Shown here piece after piece: positions 55,325 to 64,000 of a stretch of DNA of 64,000 nucleotides. The notes beneath the pieces were generated by a model. The model was given only the letters and a program-made list of their open reading frames with translations, ran no database searches and was not told the origin of the DNA. Source of the DNA: Octopus vulgaris. Taxonomy: Eukaryota. The translations under genes and the position numbers were made by a program. Every line of letters starts with the position of its first letter. Positions within the stretch are counted from its first letter, which is position 1. The stretch covers positions 83,142,001 to 83,206,000 of the forward strand of contig OX597826.1 in the NCBI GenBank assembly GCA_951406725.2, in the 5' to 3' direction.

Positions 55325-56073
55325 GTTAGTTAGTTAGTTAGTTAGTTAGTTAATTTGGCTCAAAAGCAAATAGCAAGGCCATGTAGGGGGACATGGAGTT
55401 AAGTACAGGGTGGTGTTCATGTAAAGAGTTCAGGCCACTTGAGGTCCAAGGAGGCTTTGAACAAAGCGGTCGTCGGCATCTTCACCATCTCATCTGGCAG
55501 CTTGTTCCACGGATCCGCAACCCGGACGGAGAAAGCTCCTCTCCTTCGATTGAGATGAAATCGTCGCAGGTAGAGCTTTTCGGAATGACCCCGCAGCCGA
55601 CGCTCCGGAGCAGGAGTGAAGAACAGCTCTTTCGAGAGGTTACGCTTCCCGCTTATGATGTTGTGGGCGAGAATGAGATCACCACGGCGGCGGCGTTTTT
55701 CAAGAGAATAAAGGTCGAGCGTCCTCAGCCTTTCTTCGTAGGACAAATTTTTGAGACCATGAACCAGGCGGGTAGCCAGCTTCTGGACTCTTTCGAGGTG
55801 CTGTATGTCTTTGAGGAGATAAGGAGAAGAGGCTTGAATCCCATACTCCAATATGGGTCTCACCAGCGTGACATAGAGTGGCAGAAATATGGCTGCTGTG
55901 AGCATTCCGAATGACCGTCGAATCAAAAACAGAATTCCGCGCGCTTTGTTGGCAGCATGGACGCACTGGGCCGAAGGCGAAAAGGAGGAATCCACCAAGA
56001 TACCCAGGTCCTTTACCTGATCGGTCCTCTCCAGCAGCAGACGACCCGGCTCGAAATCAAGTTGAGTTGCAGG
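55325..56073 (-). mobile_element. Young CR1-clade LINE 3' fragment with (TAAC)n tail
   Basis: Uninterrupted ~215 aa: VKDLGILVDSSFSPSAQC..ANKARGIL, LYVTLVRPILEYG, LERVQKLATR, SYEERLRTLDLYSLEKRRRRGDLI, RGH..KL, FSVRVADPWNKLP; stop 55417; (GTTA)n at 55325-55352. Confidence 0.95.
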
Positions 56074-56338
56074 AGTAGGTGTGTGCATGTACGTGTTTAC
56101 GTGTGTGAGTATTGGTTTTGGTTGCTAGAATCGTATTGCAAGTGTATATAAGTGTTTTTTTCTTAGAATGTGCGGGGGGTTGTGATCTAGTGTGGGGATA
56201 TTGTGTTTGTGCGTGTGTGTTTATGTGTGTGTGTGTGTTTGAGTGGGAGGTTTGCATTGTATTTGTGTGCGTGTTTTTGTACATCTGTATCTGTTTCTGT
56301 GCGTGTTTGTTTTGGGTGTGTACCTGGAGGGGGGTATG

Positions 56339-56778
56339 TTAGAGTATGTTGAGTTGTGATCTGTATTTTTGAATAAGATTATTTTCCCTATTTCTTCATG
56401 TCTGGTCAGTGGTGTTGTCCGGGCATTGGTATAGTGGGAAAACTTGGAATTTAGGGGACTTGTTTTGTGCACAGAGATCTGAATGCCCACTAAGTGATAT
56501 CTGTCTTGTGGTGGGATCCCTCAACTGTTGGCGGTGGACTGTCAGCATTTCTCTGAGGGTAAGGCTCGTTTGCCCTATGTAATCTTTGTGGCACCCTTCA
56601 CACCTTATGGCATAAAGTAAATTCTTTGATGCGCTGGTGAAGTTATTTTTTACGACAAAAGAGTGGAATTTGTATATTGTTCCTTCAATGAGGTGGATAC
56701 AAGTCCGGCAGAGTTGGAACGACAGTTTTTGACGGTGATCGATGGGCTTGTGTTGGGTAATTTACAACGTTACTTTCT
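56339..56778 (-). mobile_element. Penelope-like element C-terminus: GIY-YIG endonuclease (pseudogenised); AC-rich 3' region probably continues toward 55150
   Basis: Manual translation, not in ORF track: CRTCIHLIEGTIYKF..VKNNFTSASKNLLYAIRCEGCHKDYIGQTSLTLREMLTVHRQQL..SGHSDLC..RNRENNLIQKYRSQLNIL*; matches the PLE N.IY.I.C..C...YIGQT...L..R...H..E..LN pattern. Confidence 0.88.
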
Positions 56779-57009
56779 ACACACACACACACACACGCAC
56801 ACACATACATATATACATACATACATATGTATAAGATATTTTTATACACAAAGAAGAGACCATTGACAGGACTCCTTACATACTAAAAAGGCCAGTTAAA
56901 ATCCAAACCATAAAAAAGAGAATTTTTGAGACACGACATTATAACATTACAATGGACAAAGAATGAATTAGTTAATCCCGAACTCGTGATTCGGTCTTGA
57001 TTGCCAAAT

Positions 57010-57077
<68 letters not shown>

Positions 57078-57080
57078 CAC

Positions 57081-57123
<43 letters not shown>

Positions 57124-57179
57124 GGCAGACATACAGATGTGAATTTGTCTTTGTTAACTACATCCCTTGTATCTTCGTT

Positions 57180-57800
57180 GGAAAACGGCTCCCTCTTCGG
57201 TGGAAGATTTATAATAATTAAAAAAATACAAGAGACATCCATACTGGTGGTTGAAATATTTTTCTTTTTAGGAAATGTTTAACCATCAAGTCTCTGCAGA
57301 GAGAAAGAGAAACGGGCCCCATATAATCTTCCTGATTCTATTTTTAGGCATCTTTTTTGATAGGGGTGTAAATTATCTTCTCTTTGACGTCACTGTTAGC
57401 CAGGAAATTTTTACAGTAACTGGTTTCTTATTGAATATTCTCTTAGAGAAGGAGAGATGAGAGATCCTATTACTAATATTAGCAATAATGTTTTCAAAGA
57501 CGGTGGAGATGACAAGATTGTTTATGTCTCTACAGTTTTTCATTTGATTTTTGGTTGGATTTGTAAGAGCACGAATTTAGACATCAAAGAGGTCTGTAGT
57601 TACTGTGGTTTTGAAACCTTATTTGCCAAAGGTAGATGGGAGATTTTTGCTAAATCCATCGACCGTATGAGCATCACAGCTGTGGTATATATTTCTGGAA
57701 GGGCCTCTCAAGAGGCACCAGCCAACAGGGAAGACTGAAGCATCCGTCATCCACAATCCTAAGGTAGGTGACCTCCCGGCTCCTTTTTCGGTCTACACGT
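57180..57800 (-). mobile_element. Second Penelope-like family RT/linker remnant
   Basis: INNL.S.PP.FENIIANISNRISHLSFSKRIFNK, LANS..KEKIIYTP, KNRIRKIIWG (cf. RKIIWFNPP), LMVKHF. Confidence 0.7.
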
Positions 57801-57812
57801 TTAATATCAGCG

Positions 57813-57908
57813 GAGGTCATCTGGAAAGCATTTGTTCTGAGTTCATCTGGAAAGCATTTGTTCTGAGGTCATCTGGAAAGCATTTGTTCTGAGGTCATCT
57901 GGAAAGCA
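57813..57908. repeat. 26-bp tandem repeat, about 3.7 copies (GAGGTCATCTGGAAAGCATTTGTTCT)
   Basis: Directly visible; one substitution. Confidence 0.92.
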
Positions 57909-59128
57909 AATCACTATATATGGATGTGGTTGTAGTCAATAAGACCAAGATTTTCTACACTACACACTACCAATCTCCACTGGTTACGAACTTTACGCAT
58001 CGTGTAGTCGTTCTGAATCAGGAATATGACCGGTAGTTTTGTTTCGAAATGTTTGAATTTCAGTGTAACGTAGCACCAAAGCCCCAGTTCGCTTTCTGAC
58101 AGATCGGAATGAGCGATTGCTGCTTGATTCAAAGCAAATGTGTGCGGTTTTTCAGTGATGTTTGTTCCGCTGTTTGAGGCAAGTGGTGGGACACCAACGA
58201 TAATGGACTTTACTGCTTATCTCAGTGACCGGCTACGAGTTGGTGGAAAATACGGAGCATGGAGAAAATATAACAGCTGAGATACGGAATGTGAGGCTGG
58301 GTTTTTCGTCGACATCTTGGCAAACATCTATTGCAACTGGCAGTGGAACGGGTGTATCCTCAACTCTGTAACAAGGGAATTGGTAGCGTTTCTGAGGGGA
58401 AAAGATCGACGTGCTTGAGGAAGGTGATGAGGAGAATCAATTGGCTGATATATTTTTGAGAACTTACGATCCAGGAACTATGGTCACCTGGCAGTGCACT
58501 CGAGGTCTCTAGCAGCTCTTCTGGGGTGATTTTGGTTGTAGGATTTATTATTTGCAGTCTCTCTTAACACAACTTATGTCAACTTCTTAAACAGCTTTAT
58601 ATCAACATCCTTTTTTAAAATTCTTATCTTTTTAACTCTTGTGACTTAAAGACACAACCTCATCATAAGGCTGGTGGACTGAGAGAATCTTTACAACAAA
58701 ATGCCTCACGCTATTCTAACAATTTTCTTTCTGATTTTTTTTCTCCCAAGGTCAACTTTGCCTTTATTCACTCCAAGGTCGATAAGGAAAGATATCACTC
58801 AAGAACTGGTGTCGATGGTATCGACTAACCGTCCTTTACAAGATTGCTGGGTTTATTCTTAAATCGGAAACCATGAGGTAACAAACCAACAGCGACACAA
58901 TATCCCCTGCAACTGCAGGAGACAGGCCAAGACCCGCTGCAAAAATGCATAATAAAAACTGAAACGATAACCACAGCAAACAGATTGGGACAGTTTGTCG
59001 CACCAAGGTGTGGATCGGTTGGTTATCCTGCCACTGTTCGATCGCTATCAGCCCACTTCCGACATAGTCTCTTACGCTGACATTTGCCCAGCATAATTAG
59101 TCATTTGATATAATGATTAGCACGTCGG

Positions 59129-60438
59129 CAGCCACGTAGCCAGCCGATTGCAACTGAGGGTGCTCTCTTGATAGCTCGGGGTGCTGAACAGGGGTACAGA
59201 CAAAAGCTCCTACTTAAAGTGGGAAAGTGGACAAAAGCCCCATGCTTATATTTTTCGGTTATTTTTTCGTTTATTTATTTATGTATTTATTTATTTCACA
59301 TTTCTTGGCGCCTAACTTGGTCAAAACTTCTGATATATTTCGTTTTTATTTTCATTTTATTTGTTGCAATCATTAAACTGAGGCCATGCTGGGGCTAGTC
59401 GAATGTATCGACTCCAATAATTTTTTTAATGATTTTCAACAAGCACATAGTTAAGCCTAAAAGGTCTTTGTACAGGCTAGAGATAACAGCCAAATCTTTA
59501 AACATCATTTTTATATAATTTCAAATAAACATCGACCACGAGGCTGACAGTGGGTCTTCTCAACAATTCAATGATTTCGAGGTGTAGGTTGTATTTTTTG
59601 GAATCATGCTGTAACATTCCATTAGCTTTGAGTCTTTCTCTGATGTGTACTGGAATAAATTCATTAAAAGACCACAATTCTACCTATCATCTTCCGAATA
59701 AAGATCCTGAAACGCTTCATTTTCGTTTCCTCGAAAATGCAATTCGTTTGCACAAAGAAAATGAACAAAATCAACAATGGAACTTATATAATAACGGTTT
59801 TTGATCAACTGATCATTTTGCAAGACGGAAGACACGGATGTTGTTGTGTATAAACGCTGTTGGCATTCCTTCCATGTTACCATAGCTTGGATATGGGATG
59901 CAGAGTTTGCGTGCTTATTTAAACCTTTGTTTTTTTTCTTTTGCATGATGCCAATTAGAATATCCATTCTTAATGAAACAAGTATCAGCTTGAGCAGAAG
60001 TATTAAAGTGCTGACAAGCAAAACAAGACAAGGCTTTCTTTGAGAGAGAAATACTCTAACCATAATAAACGACCAATTTGACCAGCTTGACGAGAAGTCA
60101 CGTCTCTGATTTCCATAAATTTTTGGATCAAACTTTGCTAGAACTGGCTGCACCGGTTGGCAGCCGACCTGTCCTAGATCATCCAATGAAGGTGTCAAAG
60201 ACTTTGCAAGGCCTCCCTTGAGCTGCGAAACTTCTCCTGATTAGCATTATTAGATGAATCAGATTGGAAATTCAGCAAAGACTGCTTCAGTTTTCTTTTT
60301 CGGTAGTGATTCATTTTATTTTGGAAATCAAAAGAAATTCAATTTATTGCAGAAAAAATACATTGTCGCCACAGATTCCAACTGGGGGTGATGAGCACCC
60401 CATAGCCCCCACCCACCCCCTCCGTAGCTACGTGCCTG
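59129..60438 (-). mobile_element. Internally deleted hAT (Tip100/ZMYM1-like) transposon with both termini
   Basis: TIRs CAGCCACGTAGC (59129) and reverse-complement CAGGCACGTAGC (60438); 8-bp TSD CACGTCGG / CACATCGG; protein remnant RRDFSSSW..SCFACQHF..GYSNWHHA..GLNKHANSASHIQAMVTW..KNRYYISSIVDFVHFLCANELHFRGNENE (TTF Zn finger and DUF4371 start). Confidence 0.9.
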
Positions 60439-60797
60439 CACATCGGACGAAATACTTAGCGATATTTCATCTGCCGCTACGTTCCGAGTTCAAATTACGG
60501 CGAGGTCGACTTTGCCTTTCATCCTTTCGGGGTCGATTAAATAAGTACCAGTTGCGCACTGGGGTCGATATAATCGACTTAATACGGTTGTCTGATCTTG
60601 TTCGTCCCCTCTGTGTTTAGCCCCTTGTGGATAGTACAGAAATAGGTATTTCGTCTGCCGCTACGTTCTGAGTTCAAATTCCGCCGAGGTCAACTTTGCC
60701 TGTCATCCTTTCGGGTCGATAAATTATGTACCAGTTACGTACTGGTGGTGGGGGGGCAATCTAATCGCCTGGCCCTGTGCCTAGAGTAGAAAAGAAT
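60439..60797 (+). mobile_element. Dimeric family-A SINE; the start of its head lies at about 59112-59128, split off by the hAT insertion
   Basis: Two successive bodies ATTTC(A/G)TCTGCCGCTACGTTC(C/T)GAGTTCAAATT..GAGGTC(G/A)ACTTTGCCT..CATCCTTTCGGG(G)TCGAT..GTACCAGTT, each with a different 3' tail. Confidence 0.88.
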
Positions 60798-61009
60798 AGA
60801 ACAGAATATAATGATTCCAGCTAAACTATAAATAGTATGTTTTCTGAAGAAAGCTACCGAGGAGGTAAGCATGGTGCCTGAAGTCTGTTGACGGTGACCA
60901 TTCAACGATTCTCTCTCTCTGTTATAAATGATATTGAAATCTTGGGGGATACGGGTTTTTTCTTTAAATTTTTTATTTTTTTAGATGTAGTCCATCCACT
61001 ACACCTGAA

Positions 61010-61028
61010 ACACTGAAAAGACCGTCGG

Positions 61029-61092
<64 letters not shown>

Positions 61093-61265
61093 GTGTGTGT
61101 GTGTGTCACCACCGCTTGACAGCCGGTGTTAGTTTGTTTACGTCCCAGTAACTTTGCGATTCAGTAAAAGAGATTGACTGAATAATTACTAGGCTTCAAA
61201 ATGAGTAGCGGAGTCGATTCGTTCAAAGAAATTCTTCGAGCAATGCCCCAGCATGGCCGCAGCGG
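61010..61265 (+). mobile_element. SINE family B 3' half with internal (TG)n
   Basis: CTGAAAAGACCGTC-(TG)n-CACCACCGCTTGACAGCCGGTGTT..TTGTTTACGTCCC..GCCCCAGCATGGCCGCAG. Confidence 0.78.
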
Positions 61266-61859
61266 CAGTCGAAGCTGGAACTTATTCTACTTCTTTCCCT
61301 TGAATGAAACAACTCTTATGATGGTTATCTCCCTTACATCTGTTATTATTTAAAGCTTTTGTGAAATTTCAGGTTCCAGGTCGAACCCCACCGCGTATCG
61401 AACATAAATAGCCAAATATCTGAGCAACGGATTACTGTACAGAACGAAATGTTGGAAAATAGCATTTTTTTTTTATCAAATTCAATGAAGACAGTTTATT
61501 TTGCTTTTCACTATTCTTTCTTAGTTATCGTTCTTGTTTTTTGTTGCGACTTTTTTTTTAAATTTTAGGAGCCACGGCCCGTATTCGGAGGTACTTCGAG
61601 AAAACAGTTTTTTCCGCCATGCTCTTCATTTGACCACAACTCTCACAATTTCCTGTCAAGGAATTTTTTTCGTCGGAAACTGTCAAAGCATGTTTTAGAG
61701 AAAATATCCGTTCTTGGATGAGAGAGAATGTCCGGTGCTTGTATAGCGTGCGGTCCACCCACGCTGACAAACAGTTACCTTAGACGTTCAGTTAATAAAG
61801 AAAACCAATTTTTCCATTAGCTACGAATTAAACTGCAAGCTGAACCTGAGTGAGATTTC

Positions 61860-62450
61860 AGAACTAAGATTTTTCTTGGTCGTGGATATACCCAAGATCA
61901 CAGCAGGGACTCTGACAGGAAAATGTAGAAATGCAATAACTGACTGGTGCAATATGTGCCGCGAAGTGTGTGGCGCCATAGTTTATAATGAACGACGAGG
62001 GGAAATGGTTGGAACAAACGATAACCCCGTTCAGATCGACGAAGCAAGATTTGCTGGTCGACAAAAATACAATCGAGGAAGAATACTGAATGGCGACAAT
62101 GCTCCTCTCTTTGAAGACAGCGATGCAGAACAAGGAAACGACAGGAACCATGGACGTGGAATTGATGGGCCGTGGGCTTTTGGTCTCAACCAAGGCTCAG
62201 GCTGTCGATATTTTTGCGTTGAACGGCGCAACAGGAACAGTCTGATCCCAATTATTGAAAGAGAATGTGAAAAAGGTTCAGTAATTCATTCCGATGTGTG
62301 GTCCGTTTGTGGTAATTTAAAATGCCTTCGGTTATCACCATCTGACAGTGAACCATCAACGACATTATGTGGATCCAGTGACCGGAGCACACACACAGGC
62401 CATTGAGCGATCATGGTTAGATGCTAAAACTATGATTCTGAAAACAAAAT
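61860..62450 (+). mobile_element. Merlin (IS1595/ISXO2-like) DDE transposase remnant; element probably spans about 61430-62795
   Basis: DWCNMCREVC..VQIDEARFAGRQKYNRGR..GPWAFG..VERRNRNSLIPIIERECEKGSVIHSDVW; after a frameshift YHHLTVNHQRHYVDPVTGAHTQAIERSWLDAK; N-terminus largely missing. Confidence 0.9.
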
Positions 62451-62929
62451 GATCTCTGAAATGTTTGAAGTGTTTTATCTCTGAAATAATAAGGTAGATA
62501 ACTCTGTGCTGGCAGACCGCATACTATAGAAGCATCAGAAGTTCTTCGTTGGTTTAAATCCCTAAGATGACTTTGATAATCCGTTAAAGCGACCAACTCT
62601 TTTGCTCGTCTTCTCTGCCATTTTCGGGGAATATATTCCTTTCCTGCAACCAGTTCCATATGACTCGTAAAAAGGTTATCAAAGCTGCCCATTTTTTAAA
62701 GTTAAAAAGCGAAAGAGATATAACTAACAAGATATGAAGTTGAAATTCCGCTGTCCAGTCACTAAAGGAAATACACTTTGGCACGTAAATCCCCTAATCA
62801 TTTCACAGTGCTAATTATTTTTTCTATATCTTTTTGCCAGGAAAGAAGCCAGTGACCCTGATATTTTTAGATCCTCCGAAACTGGAAGAGGAAGGTATGG
62901 TCAAACTGGAAACTGGTCCCTGAACTATG

Positions 62930-63090
62930 CAACCGAGTGGAATTTGTTAAAAACACTCGAACGAGTGATGGCTTAAACCTATCCCCCAAGTAGGACACGG
63001 CGGGATTTGAATTCAGAACACAAAGAGGGAAAACAAATGGCAAAACGACTTTCGGTCCAACGTTGTCGCAATCCGCCAAGTCACTGCCTG
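62930..63090 (-). mobile_element. Family-A SINE, degenerate
   Basis: CGGCGGGATTTGAATTCAGAAC..TCCGCCAAGTCACTGCC. Confidence 0.6.
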
Positions 63091-63594
63091 AAAATGGTAA
63101 GTTTTATAATCGACCCCTTAAAGATGAGATGCAAAACTAACCGATATTGAAATCAGACACGATTTAAAATCAGAGCGCAGTAAATCGGAACTAATTATTT
63201 CGGAACAGTTGATTTGTTGGATCGATGGCTATCGATGGCTATCGATGACAGCCTTAAACATGATTAACGGAATTAGTTTATCTGTTGCTGCCGAAATCGT
63301 TTAAATAAAGAAATCTGTGACCAAAGCTGGACATGAACATTGCAACTTGTCAGGTTAGGCCTAATGCTTCGTACATACTTTCTTTTTAAACATAGCAGAG
63401 TATGCATATGATATGGCTGCTATATCTAGCAGGTCATGCGGCCACATGATAGTACCTGAATTTAGTAAAATGTCAGAGTTGTCTCCCATGACATAATAAA
63501 ACAGTTGAACTGCTTTTTAGGTTGTTATCATGTAAGGGAAGCAACTCTGGTATTCTACCTCTATTTTAATGGTTGCTCTCTTTCCTCCTCTGCT

Positions 63595-63627
<33 letters not shown>

Positions 63628-64000
63628 TTCTCCCCACCCTCTCTCTGTTTCTAAACCGTATACTTCTCATTGGGATTATCGCTTTCTTACCTATTCTGAA
63701 GCGGAATCGTACACCTTTCGCCCCAATGAAGGCGACTTCACTCAATATGAAGGCGACTTCACTCAATATGTTACCTTTTCTGGCAATTCCAGCTTATAGA
63801 ATCTGGCAGGTTGGCTTCTGTCTTGTGGACGAAAAGCTTTCACACGTTTGTTCTTTCCATGAATGGTTCATTTCAAAGAACTTTTATTATAACGCACCAA
63901 TTCTACAATTTGTCTTTAGTTTATTTATATTTTACTTAGGGAGGGGGGGGTAACGGCTCCTTGGTTTTCTTCGATAATATTCTTTCGAGAAGTGGTACTC

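Noticed and set aside
55393-55914. 173-aa plus-strand ORF
   Set aside because: Antisense shadow of the GC-rich CR1 ORF
59680-60198. Host ZMYM1-like zinc-finger gene
   Set aside because: Frameshifted, truncated and enclosed by TIRs and a TSD, so it is a hAT remnant
63726-63770. 21-bp tandem duplication ATGAAGGCGACTTCACTCAAT
   Set aside because: Two-copy slippage-type duplication with no further structure

Overview
AT-rich, microsatellite-saturated eukaryotic DNA made almost entirely of transposable-element debris. The two dominant tRNA-derived SINE families and the repeat landscape suggest an octopus/coleoid cephalopod (inference from recognition, no search run). No intact host protein-coding gene, RNA gene or CRISPR array is supported; most ORF-track entries are microsatellite or TE artefacts. 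Recognisable elements: a near-complete degenerate RTE (Expander-like) LINE; four R4/Dong-clade fragments tied to (TAA)n tracts; an I/Nimb-like ORF1 remnant; a young CR1 3' fragment; three Penelope-like remnants, one with a GIY-YIG endonuclease; two Tc1 copies; three mariner copies; an internally deleted hAT element with TIRs and an 8-bp TSD inside a SINE; a Merlin (IS1595-like) transposase remnant; and many SINEs. A 2.07-kb duplication around a 100-N gap is most likely an assembly artefact. The most unusual structures are a 57 x 32-bp minisatellite that appears to have grown from a SINE 5' head, a perfect 106-bp inverted repeat with a hammerhead-like fold, a 3' tail shared by a SINE and a probable LINE end, and two Tc1 copies sharing inactivating lesions in a mosaic pattern. 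I found no convincing novel multi-gene system.
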